DNA of 64,000 bases, from contig CM059431.1 of NCBI GenBank assembly GCA_030390025.1, positions 121,646,001 to 121,710,000 on the forward strand, given 5' to 3'. The first letter of the stretch is position 1. Each line of letters starts with the position of its first letter. This stretch comes from Squalus acanthias (taxonomy: Eukaryota). Under the pieces are notes generated by a model. It worked only from the letters and a program-made list of their open reading frames with translations. It made no database searches and was not told the origin of the DNA. Both the position numbers and the translations under genes were made by a program. Positions 35,022 to 46,827 of this stretch are shown here, in pieces.

Positions 35022-35150
35022 GGGTTTAATCTTGAATTTGTGCGATAGTGTAAAATAGATGATAGTGAGTTAGCAGCCCTCTTTGTGAAACAGGCTGCTA
35101 ACTCGCTATCACCTATTTTACAGTATTGCAAAAGTCAAGATCTATTCCCC
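35022..35150. repeat. Short fold-back (hairpin) MITE
   Basis: Arms of about 55 bp: ...TGTAAAATAGATGATAGTGAGTTAGCAGCC / GGCTGCTAACTCGCTATCACCTATTTTACA... Confidence 0.8.
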
Positions 35151-35713
35151 CTGCTGTGCAACGCGATTGGAGAACAACTAGAATTTTTTTAAATTATATA
35201 TTGTAGTTAGTATCTTCCTCAAGATCATTTACTGCACACCAGATAAGAAAGGAAAGTCACACACTATCCCGACTTGGAAATATATCGCTGTTCCTTCATC
35301 ATCACTGGGTCAATATCCTGGAACTCCCTACCTTACAACTGTTGTGGGAGTACCTTCAGCACAGCAGATTTTGAAGAAGATCCATCTCCTTCTCAAGGGC
35401 AACTAGGGTTGGACAATCAATGCTGGCCTCGCTAGCAATGTCTATATCCTAAGAATTTTTTTTAAGTCATTTTTTTGGTAGAAAGCTGCTAGGGCAAGCT
35501 TTCGTCAACTCAGAATGGTAAGGATGCAAGAAAGTAGTTAGAAGGTTTTTTTTTGTTCAAGTGTAGCAAGACAGCCCACTAATGTGGGGACGCGTACTGT
35601 CCTCATTATTTTGTTATATTATGTGAAGCCAAGTTATACTGATTGAATTAAATGAGGCCAATCATAACTATTGCTGTTTCTCCACTTGCTGCCTGAGAAA
35701 TAAAATAACGTAA

Positions 35714-36448
35714 GGCCCAGATTTTTCAGTGGGTATGGCAGCGTACTCTCAGAGTATGCCGTCATAGCTCCTTTGAAATCCACTGCAAGTACAGGATTTC
35801 CGCACGTGCTTGCACATGCGCTAAATCCCAAACTTACGGTTTGTCAACCTATACGTTGACAGGCCATCCGCACGGCCAAAGAAAAACCAGTTGCTGGCGC
35901 AGAGTTGGGCTATTTGGCCACCAACCGCCCAGCAATTACGTACAAATTTTTTACGGTTGGTGCAAACGGGTGCAGAGCCGGTTTGCATCTGCGTAAGGGG
36001 ACACCTCACGCATGTTTGAACCACTTTCATCTCGGAAATTGAATAGTTTATTTGTATCAAATGAGTTTTTCTTTTTACTGCAAAGATTGGCGTTTTAATG
36101 ATGTCGATAATTATTATCAGCAAAATTAACTTTTTAGTGAAGTTGGTGGAATAAAGCTAATTAGGCATTAAATTCCAATCCTGGAAATTGCAATTATATC
36201 TGATTATGGGAGTCCCTTCTGAAATGATGTAAAATGTAATTCTGTTTCCTATTGGAGGACCAGGCCCACGTGATCCCAGGAACGCTTCCGCACAGGCTGC
36301 ATCCCTGGGATCTGTGGGTCATTACTGCCCTCCTACTCGCAGCATCAGACTGCAAGTGTTCACAGGAGGGCCATCAGGTAGGTGTGCATTTGTTTTGCAG
36401 GTTGGCGGCGTACTCCGGAGGTACGCTGCCGACCGCAATTTTTGGCCA
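35714..36448. mobile_element. Harbinger-type MITE, related to 57201-57801
   Basis: GGCCCAGATTTT / AATTTTTGGCC termini, TAA TSD and shared internal text with 57201-57801. Confidence 0.8.
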
Positions 36449-36677
36449 TAATGTCTTGTCCTAGCTTGTGAAAGATAGGATAACCAGTTTGTATGTCAAA
36501 AGGGATGCATTATTACTGTCAACGCTGGAATGTAGGTGGTGTGGGGTCCATTTGCAGGAGTGATTGGTGCCACTGAATCCATAAAGTTATCTAAAGCAGA
36601 CCATAAACTTGTAACAATTGGTGGCAGCTATCTGAGATACTGATTTACACTGGTGATGAAGATGAATCAAACATTTA

Positions 36678-39235
36678 GGCCGCGATTTTCCCTACCTCGG
36701 CGGGTCCGTTGGCGGGCGATGTCGATGGTGGGTCTCGGCCCTGCTGTTGGCTCCATCGTTCTCTGACATGACTTTCCCCTGATTGGGCTTGTTAGGCCCG
36801 CCCAGCGAGTTTCCCATCAATTGAAGGAAGCGGGTCTGATGACGTTATTTCGCGTCATCAGCCGGTTTTCTTTAAGGGACCACGCACAAATTTACTTTGA
36901 CAGTTGTGCTGCCAGTGTTCTACAGCATTGAGGTGCTGAAAACATAAGAACATAAGAACAGAAGAAATAGGAGCAGGAGTAGGCCATTTGGCCCTTCGAG
37001 TCTGCTCCACCATTCAATAAGATCATGGCTGATCTTCTACCTCACTTCCACTTTCCTGCACTATCCCCATATCCCTTGTTCCCTTAATATTCAAAAAATC
37101 TATCATAAGAACATAAGAAATAAGTGCAGGAGTAGGCCATATGGCCCCTCAAGCCTGCTCCACCATTCAATAAGATCATGGCTGATCATTGACCTCAACT
37201 CCACTTTCCCGTCTGATCTCCATATCCCTTGATTCACCTAGAGTCCAAAAATCTATCTATCTCAGCCTTGAATATACTCAAAGACTCAGCATCCACAGCC
37301 CTCTGGGGCAGAGAATTCAAAAGATTCACAACCCTCTGAGTGAAGAAATTCCTCCTCATCTCAGTTTAAAATGCCCTACTCATTATCCTGAGACTATGCG
37401 CCCTAGTTCTAGACACTCCAGTCAGGGGAAACAACCTCTCAGCATCTACCCTGTCAATCCCCTTCAGAATCTTGTATGGTTCAATGAGATCACCTCTCAT
37501 TCTTCTAAACTCCAGAGAGTATAGGCCCATTCTACACAATCTCTTCTCATAGGACAGCCCTCTCATCCCAAGAATCAATCTAGTGAACCTTTGTTGCATG
37601 GCCTCCAAGGCAAGTATATCCTTCGTTAGATGAGGAGACAAAAACTGTGCACAGTACTCCAGGTGTGGTCTCACCAAGGCCCTGTACAATTGTAGCAAGA
37701 CTTCCTTACTCTTATACTCCAACCCCCTTGCAACTGACAATCACTGCACAAAGGTGCACGGCTGCACCCAGGCTCTCCCATGACTCCCTCCATATGCTTA
37801 TGGAGGGGGTCACAGCATGCAGGGAGATTCTCTTCCCTTCCAATCGGTGGAAGAAACCTCCACAGGAGACCAAAGCAGTCTGGTTGCACATTGCACAGGA
37901 GGGCACAAGAAGGGATGTCATCAGGAGGACCAGGCTGCAGTGGCACAAACCTTTCAATGATCTCAGTAGATCACAAAATGTTACTGCAAAGCCACACTGA
38001 ACCTCATGCTGCTGTGTCACTCATCACATCCCCATCACTCTGCCTTCCCTACCCTACTCCTGCACATCCTTACTCACACCAACTTACCTTGCACCTCTAC
38101 CCATCCCTCTCTATCTGCATTCTCACTTCCCCATCTCACTAGCCACCCCTCACTCTTACCCTCATCCTAGTCCAATCATACCAACTAACAACACACAAGG
38201 GTAGGCACTTGGGTGTTTTATCCAATGTTCATGTGAAGTTTCTGTTAATGTGCTGTCAAACATTGAAATCTTTATTTTCAACACTTTCTGTTCTTGGACA
38301 GGTTAGTGTGCACCTTTGGAAGTGGCTTAGTGAGTTGCAGTGAATGGTGAGACATAACGGTACCCCCCGCAATGGTGATGAGTGTGAAACGAATGGCTTG
38401 GGCATTGTAGGGATGCTTAATGGTGCTGGTGTGGGGTGGTGCCAACCTGGCGCATCACATGGCAGCCACGGTGAACAGCATCAAGTGAAGTAAATGTGGC
38501 CATGGTGAGGCCATCCCTGATGTCCCGGGCAGCAATGTGGTCGGGTGCTGATGCTATGTGTCCTGTGCAGCATCAGGTGATTGCGGAGAATGTTGGTGTT
38601 GTTGTAGGTGCTGCTGGTGTGCCTGGTGCTGCTGGTGTGCCTGGTGCTGCTGGTGTTGGGGCTGATCGTGATCAGATTCTAAGGACCATGGTGAGAGAGT
38701 ATAACTTGCACCCATGCTGATGGAATAGATGGCAGGTGTAGTAGAGATGACAGACCTGTCAGTGGTGGAAGAGGTACTGAGGTCAGACTGCATGGAGACT
38801 TGTGTAAAGACTTGCAGCATCCTGAATCTGTAGTGGAAATGTAGTTTAGAGATGATAGTGCTTAAGGGAAAATATTTGAATCAGCTGGGAGCTTTGAGTT
38901 GACATTTGAAGCTGTCAACTCATCAGCTGATTCAATGGCCACTGACCTCCCACCTCAGCTTCACTGACGAAGTCTAGGCACAGTGGGAAACCCGTGGGAG
39001 ACATGTAAAAGTTAAAAAGCTGGGGAAAAAAGTATTGTTAAGTGGCTGTAAACAAGCCACTAATGATTTGGCCGATGCCTGTTGGGCCTGCTCAGTACTT
39101 ACTGGCAGACTCGACAGCGGGAAATGCAGGTGTGCGCATTTTGACAGCATGCTCCCGACCCACTGTCAATCATTTTAAATTTCACACCTGACCCGCCACC
39201 AATCGGGTTCGCTGAGCGCTGGCCAAATCACGGCC
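36678..39235. mobile_element. Internally deleted Harbinger (Myb exon 1 plus transposase start) with a CR1 insertion
   Basis: TIRs GGCCGCGATTT / AAATCACGGCC and TTA TSD; APRLSHDSLHMLMEGV...WHKPFNDL Myb relic. Confidence 0.9.
36942..37733 (-). mobile_element. CR1 3' fragment with a duplicated 3' UTR/tail
   Basis: [19 protein letters not shown]...SLEFRRMRGDLIE. Two tandem (CATAAGAA)n-tailed UTRs start near 36942 and 37104. Empty site visible at 47065-47082. Confidence 0.92.
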
Positions 39236-41170
39236 TTAATATTTAAAAATGAATGGTACAGCAACAGTAATACCTAAAAATGTTGACTAGATTAAAAGAG
39301 GCAGACATTAAAATGGCATGTTTATCAGCTGAAGATAAAACACAAGAGAGAATTTCAGTTTAAGTAACAAAACTTTCAGTTTAGAGAGACAGAGCTTCAG
39401 CTAGAGAAAGAATGAGAGCAACACAAATTGCAGGAACGAGGGAACGATGCATTGGTTAAATCTCCTTGGTAATGTTATCATTTAAATAGACATTGAACAA
39501 CGCGCGTCAACTCCAGAATGTAAGGGACATGAGGTTTGCTTCTTATGAGAGCAGCTGATGAGACTGAGCCTGAAAAGGCATCCACGGCAGACCCTAAACC
39601 TGGAACAGTGGTCTTTTCTGGCAAGTTTTACTGTGATTCCCTCTGATGTGCCCCATATTGTGAATGGTAACTCCAATGATATTTTAACCAAAAGTATGTA
39701 CTTCTTTGTGTCAAATAAATAGATTTCTAAGTACTGAAGTTCCCTTTCATACCTATCATCTTTAAAGGTACAATCCATGTTTGCACACTAGTTAACTTAT
39801 AAGGATGATACAGTTCAGGCAGAAACAATTACCAAGCCCTCCAACCATTCATTATTGTGGTATTACACATTTACACATTATTTTGAGTGTTTATTGTTGG
39901 ATATGAACATTAAACAGATTATTCCTATAATGTTCACTGCAAAGGCTTATCCCAAAATACTGCCGATAGAAATCAGAATCATTAACAGCAAGTCCAGTAT
40001 AATCAAGACTAAAAAAGGACTGGGGTTTTAACCACCTAATCTTGATTGCACACTCCCTGAATCTGATGTAACTTCTACAACAAACATAAATTGGTTTCTA
40101 CGTTGTCATTTTTCCTGGAAACATATGTTCATACTTCTACTGCTCTGTCAAAGCCACTGAACAATTTGCAGAGCCTCAGCAACCACAGGATGAGCCTGAA
40201 TGCCATCTAATTGATGTCTTGACAACCAGGGAAAATTCAATATTTTATGTGCCGAAGCAAAAATAGCCCTGTATTTCATGTCCTTAGAGTACAACATAGA
40301 AAGGCACATAACGTGCACACTAGCTATTAGTGAAATCATTTAAAGCCAATCCAAATCAACATCCAAGAACTGAGCACTGAGACGGCCTTACACAGCACAG
40401 TCATAACCCTGCAAGTGGTGGTATATTTATACAAATAGAGACTATGAAGTAAATTTTATAAACTTATAGATAGACAACTAACCAAATAATCCTCAAAATT
40501 AAACCCCTTTGTGATAATTTCGGGGGTGGGGGGGGGGAGGGGTGTTGGGGTGGGTGAAATTGGTCGTGGGCGGCAGCATAAAACGAATGATAATGAGTGG
40601 ACAAACAGTTTTACACCATGCCCGATTTGGAAAAGGGGCTGTCGATTCATTATCGCCTGTTTCGGACAACCGTCGAAGACCAATTTCATTCCCTCCTCAC
40701 CCAGGCACTTTGTTGAATGTGTCAATGTTACTTGTGAAATCCTTTGAACATTTCAGGTTTGATTTGGTTCTGGTGCATCAAGAAGTAGCCAGAGGCCACA
40801 CAGCGGATGACAGACGATGAGGCTTTTGGCCCGTCACTTGTCTTTTTAGTTAATAAGTCTAGATGGTATCATTGGTGGCTGTACAACTGGTAGTGCTTCT
40901 ACTGCTGCTGTTAGAGTTAGTAACTCTAACAATATTTCTGTAATGTATTTCACAGAGAACGAGATAGACAGACAGCATTGGAGTTGGTACATTATTTAGG
41001 CATTTTGAAAAAATGTACCAAAGCCTGATCTCCTGTCATATTGAAATAAAAAAACGTTGGGCCTGATTTTCACTTTGGGAAAATCGGCATTAACGGGGCA
41101 GTAAGGACCTAAAAATGGTGTCAGGAGCACTACTTAACCACAGAGGTCTATTGATGGGTGACCGGAACAA

Positions 41171-41325
41171 CAGTGTTTCTGTAAAGCTGCGCAGTGGTCT
41201 AGAGGTCCCGCGCAAGCCGCTTGCCGGCTTTACAATGGAAAAAACCACGCATGCGCAAAAATTTGAATGGGCGGCACAGCCTGTTAAAGGGGCCGCGTAC
41301 CCAAAAAAAATGAGAGGGAATATTG
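41171..41325. mobile_element. Second, inverted copy of the 14125 hAT MITE
   Basis: Ends AAAAAAAATGAGAGGGAATATTG; internal AAAGGGGCCGC and GCATGCGCAAAA match the reverse complement of 14125-14287. Confidence 0.7.
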
Positions 41326-41444
41326 CAGAGCACCTGCCTGAAACAGGCAGTAGCCCTCTTTCCCATGCAAATTGGAATCCCAATGATGTAGTTAGAACTC
41401 CGATTTCAATTTTAATAGACACATGGGATGACTTTGTGGAGCCA

Positions 41445-42495
41445 GAAGGAGTAGGAAGGTGTAGGAGAGAGTAGGAAGGAGTAGGGGGCAGTAGGAGGGA
41501 GTAGGAAGAAGTAGGAAGCAGTAAGAGGGAGTAGAAAGGAGATGGAGGGATTATGAAGGAGTAGGAAGGTGTATGAGGGAGTACAGGGGAGTACGGGGTG
41601 AGTAGGAGGGGGTAGGAGGGAGTAGGGAAGAGTAGGGGCAGTAGGAGGGAGTAGGAGGGAAGTAGGGAGGAATAGGGGTTGTAGGCAGGAGTAGAAGGAA
41701 GTAGGAGGGAAGTAGGAGGGAGTAGGGAGGGGTGGGGTGGTAGGAAGGAGTAGAAGGGAGTATGGGGGAAGTAGAGGGAGTAGGGAGCGTAGGAAGGAGT
41801 AGGAGAGAGTAGGAAGGAGTAAGAAGGAGGAGGAGTGAGTAGGAGGGAGTTCAAGGGAGTATGGGGGAGTATGGAGAAGTAGGAGGGAGTAGGGACAGTA
41901 GGAGGGGTAGGAGGGAGTAGAGGGAGTGGGGGAGTAGGAAAGAGTAGGAGCGAGTAGGAAGGTGTAGGGGTAGTAGGAAGGAGTAGGAGGGAGTAGGGGA
42001 GAGTAGGAGGGAGTAGGGAGGAGTAGGAGGGAGTAGGGGAGAGTAGGAGGGAGTAGGGAGGAGTAGGAGGGAATAGAGGCAATAAGAGGGGGTAGGAGGG
42101 AGTAGGGGAGTAGTGGAGAGTAGGGAGGAGTAGGAGGGAGTGGGGGGAGTAGGAGGGAGTGGGGGGTGTAGTGGGGAGTAGGAGGGAGTGGGGGGAGTAG
42201 TGGGGAGTAGGAGGGAGTGGGGGGTGTAGTGGGGAGTAGGAGGGAGTGGGGGGTGTAGTGGGGAGTAGGAGGGAGTGGGGGGTGTAGTGGGGAGTAGGAG
42301 GGAGTGGGGGGTGTAGTGGGGAGTAGGAGGGAGTGGGGGGTGTAGTGGGGAGTAGGAGGGAGTGGGGGGTGTAGTGGGGAGTAGGAGGGAGTAGGGGGAG
42401 TAGGAGGGAGTGGGGGAGTAGTGGGGAGTAGGAGGGAGTGGGGGAGTAGGAGGGAGTAGTAGGGAGTGGGGGGAATAGTGGGGAGTAGGAGGGCG
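41445..42495 (+). repeat. G/A-rich satellite (GGAGTA-based) with a 29-bp higher-order unit near 42150-42380
   Basis: Degenerate at left; near-perfect GGAGGGAGTGGGGGGTGTAGTGGGGAGTA repeats at right. Confidence 0.97.
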
Positions 42496-43098
42496 TTGTA
42501 AGGAAGAGAAGCCCTTTTTGACACAATTTTCAAGCTGGACATTAAAATCTGCTGAGCTGTGGCAAAGCAGTGAAACCAGATGGTGCTATCAAGAAGGAAC
42601 AAAGATATTGTGTAGCTAAAGGAGACGTCTGTGTAAACAATGAGGAATTAGCCTTGATGATATAACACAGAACTCAATGGGCCTCTTCAATAAACAATCC
42701 TTATCAGAAAGTTTGCCAGCTGGACAGTTGAGATTTGCATGAACTATCCAGCCAATCAACTGTTACTGTGGTGTTCACATGTAGGACATTTACTGAAAAG
42801 GAGGTTTAAGTAAGATGGACAGTATCATGCGGGCTTTAACAATATACTGTTGGTTATCATGATCTAAGACTATCATTGATAGGTCAATGAGGTCTTGGCG
42901 ATGTAACATCTTGTCCCCCATTGAAAGGAAAAGATATAAAAGAAGCTATTAAGGTAACTTCATTACTGCAGTCGGGGCGTTGGCGGGGGGTCGGAAGCAG
43001 AGCAGCAGTCAACAGGGAGGGAACCCGACTGATTGTCGGAAGGAGAGAGCTGCAATCACCAGGAGCTGGCCACTTCAGGGTGATCGTATGACCACTTA

Positions 43099-43502
43099 CA
43101 GGAAACTCTTTATTAACCGGCACCGACGGGACCGGCGTGGTGCCGGTTTATCGAAAGTACTGGATAACGGAGAGTTATATCTACTGAGGCTATTTTTAAC
43201 AAAAATAAATCAAGAAATGTGCAGCATACTTCCGACAGCGCCAGGAGGCCGAGTAGTGGCACTTTTGAAAACTACCCCTACTGACTAAATCGGCGTTCAC
43301 GGACACGGACTCGTACTCGGACTCGGGATCGGCAACATTGCCGGTTATTTGAGAGGAGTTTTCGGAGTACTCGGCGTTCGCGGAGACTCGACTGCGACTC
43401 GGCAACATTGCCGGTTATTTGAGAGGAGTTTTCAGAGGATGATTTTTGCCGGTTAAGCGAGAATTCCGGATATTTGGGTGCCGGATAAACAAAAGTTTCC
43501 TG
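43099..43502. mobile_element. Tc1/mariner (pogo/Tigger-like) MITE, 404 bp
   Basis: TIRs of about 26 bp (CAGGAAACT....CCGGCACC), TA TSD on both sides, CpG-rich, with an internal direct repeat of about 37 bp. Confidence 0.88.
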
Positions 43503-43747
43503 TACTTAGAACATATTTGGGCATTGTATTGCTAGAGCATCTTCATTGCTAAGAGTAGAGTAAGAAGGGCATTGTATTGCCATTTAAATCGATAGCGTTT
43601 TTTTCCCCCCTTTTCACTCTTCTGCTTTTCCCTTTAATAAACAACCTTATTTAAATTAAGAGCTTTTGGGAGATTCATTAATTATTCCCTTGTAATTTGT
43701 GGGTCGAAACGAACAACAAGCGTGAGAAAAGGAGAGCGAGGCTTACA

Positions 43748-46110
43748 GAGTACGGGGAGTAGTGGGGAGTAGGAGGGAGTAGGAGGGAGTAGGAGGGAGT
43801 AGGAGGGAGTAGGGGGAGTAGTGGGAGTATTGGGGAGTAGGAGGGAGTAGGGGGAGTATTGGGGAGTAGGAGGGAGTAGTGGGGAGTAGGAGGGAGTAGG
43901 GGGAGTAGTGGGAGTAGGAGGGAGTAGGGGGAGTAGGGGGAGTAGTGGGTAGTAGGAGGGAGTAGGAGGGAGTAGGAGGGAGTAGGGGGAGTAGGAGGGA
44001 GTAGGAGGGAGTAGGAGGGAGTAGGGGGAGTAGGAGGGAGTAGTGGGAGTAGGAGGGAGTAGGGGGAGTAGGAGGGAGTAGGGGGAGTAGGAGGGAGTAG
44101 GAGGGAGTAGGAGGGAGTAGGGGGAGTAGGAGGGAGTAGGAGGGAGTAGGAGGGAGTAGGAGGGAGTAGGAGGGAGTAGGGGGAGTAGGAGGGAGTAGGG
44201 GGAGTAGGAGGGAGTAGGAGGGAGTAGGAGGGAGTAGGAGGGAGTAGGGGGAGTAGGAGGGAGTAGGAGGGAGTAGGGGGAGTAGGAGGGAGTAGGAGGG
44301 AGTAGGAGGGAGTAGGAGGGAGTAGGGGGAGTAGGAGGGAGTAGGAGGGAGTAGGGGGAGTAGGAGGGAGTAGGAGGGAGTAGGGGGGAGTAGGAGGGAG
44401 TAGGAGGAGTAGGAGGGAGTAGGAGGGAGTAGGAGGGATAGGGGGGAGTAGGAGGGAGTAGGGGGAGTAGGAGGGAGTAGGAGGAGTAGGAGGGAGTAGG
44501 GGGAGTAGGAGGGAGTAGAGGGAGTAGGGGGGAGTAGGGGGAGTAGGAGGGAGTAGGGGGAGTAGGAGGGAGTAGGAGGGAGTAGGAGGGAGTAGTGGGA
44601 GTAGGAGGGAGTAGGGGGAGTAGGAGGGAGTAGGAGGGAGTAGGGGGAGTAGGAGGGAGTAGGGGGGAGTAGGAGGGAGTAGGAGGAGTAGGAGGGAGTA
44701 GGGGGAGTAGGAGGGAGTAGGAGGGAGTAGGAGGGAGTAGGGGGAGTAGGAGGGAGTAGGGGGAGTAGGAGGGAGTAGGGGGGAGTAGGAGGGAGTAGGA
44801 GGAGTAGGAGGGAGTAGGAGGGAGTAGAAGGGAGTAGGGGGAGTAGGAGGGAGTAGGAGGGAGTAGGGGGAGTAGGAGGGAGTAGTGGGGAGTAGGAGGG
44901 AGTAGGAGGAGTAGTGGGGAGTAGGAGGGAGTAGGAGGAGTAGTGGGGAGTAGGGGGGAGTAGGAGGGAGTAGTGGGGAGTAGGAGGAGTAGTGGGGAGT
45001 AGGGGGGAGTAGGAGGGAGTAGGAGGGAGTAGGGGGAGTAGGGGGAGTAGGAGGGAGTAGGGGGAGTAGTGGGGAGTAGGGGGAGTAGTGGGGAGTAGGA
45101 GGGAGTAGGAGGGAGTAGGGGGAGTAGGGGGAGTAGGAGGGAGTAGTGGGAGTAGGGGGAGTAGGAGGGAGTAGTGGGAGTAGGGGGAGTAGTGGGGAGT
45201 AGGGGGGAGTAGGAGGGAGTAGGAGGAAGTAGGGGGAGTAGGGGGAGTAGGAGGGAGTAGTGGGAGTAGGGGGAGTAGTGGGGAGTAGGGGGGAGTAGGA
45301 GGGAGTAGGAGGGAGTAGGGGGAGTAGGGGGAGTAGGAGGGAGTAGGGGGAGTAGTGGGGAGTAGGGGGAGTAGTGGGGAGTAGGAGGGAGTAGTGGGAG
45401 TAGTGGGGAGTAGTGGGGAGTAGGGGGAGTAGTGGGGAGTAGGGGGGAGTAGGAGGGAGTAGGGGGAGTAGTGGGGAGTAGGAGGGAGTAGTGGGGAGTA
45501 GTGGGGAGTAGGAGGGAGTAGGGGGGAGTAGGGGGAGTAGGGGGGAGTAGGAGGGAGTAGGGGGAGTAGGAGGGAGTAGTGGGGAGTAGGAGGGAGTAGG
45601 GGGAGTAGTGGGGAGTAGGAGGGAGTAGTGGGGAGTAGGAGGGAGTAGGAGGGAGTAGTGGGAGTAGGAGGGAGTAGTGGGGAGTAGGAGGGAGTAGGGG
45701 AGTAGTGGGAGTAGGAGGGAGTAGGGGGAGTAGTGGGAGTAGGAGGGAGTAGTGGGGAGTAGGAGGGAGTAGTGGGGAGTAGGAGGGAGTAGGGGGAGTA
45801 GTGGGAGTAGTGGGGAGTAGGGGGAGTAGTGGGGAGTAGGAGGGAGTAGGGGGAGTAGTGGGGAGTAGGAGGGAGTACGGGGAGTAGTGGGGAGTAGTGG
45901 GTAGTAGGGGGAGTAGTGGGGAGTTAGAGGGAGTAGGGGGAGTAGTGGGGAGTAGGAGGGAGTAGTGGGGAGTAGGGGGAGTAGTGGGGAGTAGGAGGGA
46001 GTAGTGGGAGTAGGGGGAGTAGGAGGGAGTAGTGGGGAGTAGGAGGGAGTAGTGGGAGTAGGGGGAGTAGGAAGGAGTAGTGGGAGTAGGGGAAGTAGGA
46101 GGCAGTAGCG
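43748..46110 (+). repeat. G/A-rich satellite, about 2.35 kb, units GGAGGGAGTA / GGGGGAGTA / GTGGGGAGTA
   Basis: Direct tandem repeats; the plus strand is almost devoid of C. Confidence 0.98.
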
Positions 46111-46827
46111 GGGAGCAGATGGGAGCAGGATTGCTCCTCCTGGCTCCACATGAATACTAATGGTCACTGCCGACCATGCCCGGCTTCGGCCTGCTCCACC
46201 TCGGTATCGCGCCCCCTCCCCCGAACATCTACCCGCGTGACTCTGCTGGCGTCTCAGCCGGTCGACATTCCTGAGGCTGACAGCAGTGAGTTGCATCACG
46301 TTGCCGACTTGGCATCCGCAATTCACCTGCCAAATTCAAACGAGGCCAGGGCCTCAAAATCACGGCCTCCTCCGCCACTGGCCAATAGTCAGAATCAACC
46401 CCATTGAGTGGCCAGTTTTTATCCAGGTCACAGTAGTGTTTTCTCAGAGCACGTTTTCAATATTCCCATCTCATAGCTCCATGTCAAATAAAAAAACAAC
46501 CGCAAATCAAATGCTGGAAATGCCAGAAATATACAACAGCTCCATCAGCATTTGTGAGGAGAAAAGACAGATTAATATTTCAGGTGTGTAGACCTGACTG
46601 GAAAATGGGAAAATATGCCCCATCTTCCAGTTTTCAGCCCTGAGGAAGGATCTGCACTCAAAGAGTTAACCTGGACTTATCTCCTAACAGAACATGATTG
46701 ACCAGTTATTCAAGCATTTTCTGTATTCATTTCATGGATCTAGGATACAACTTGAACATATTATAAACCTTTCACTGGGAGACTCCACAGATGATCTAAA
46801 GCTATAGATGTATACTTCTGTGACTAC

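Noticed and set aside
36480..39470. Decayed Gypsy (PBS-like TGGTGGCAGC near 36618 and gag-like text after 39240) around the Harbinger
   Set aside because: Too degenerate; no LTR pair or pol motif supports it.
39555..39582. CTGATGA...GAAA hammerhead-like core
   Set aside because: The intervening GACTGAGCCT cannot form stem II and no stem I or III is evident.
41090..42602. 478-aa and 396-aa low-complexity ORFs
   Set aside because: Same satellite artefact, open in several frames.
43318..43437. Direct repeats with a spacer, superficially CRISPR-like
   Set aside because: Only two copies, inside a TA-flanked MITE in eukaryotic DNA, with no cas genes.
43678..46326. 882-aa Pro/Thr/Ser/Tyr/Leu ORF, superficially extensin-like or Pol II CTD-like
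   Set aside because: Translation of the C-rich strand of a satellite, where stop codons are almost impossible. The 9-10-bp units do not keep the frame.
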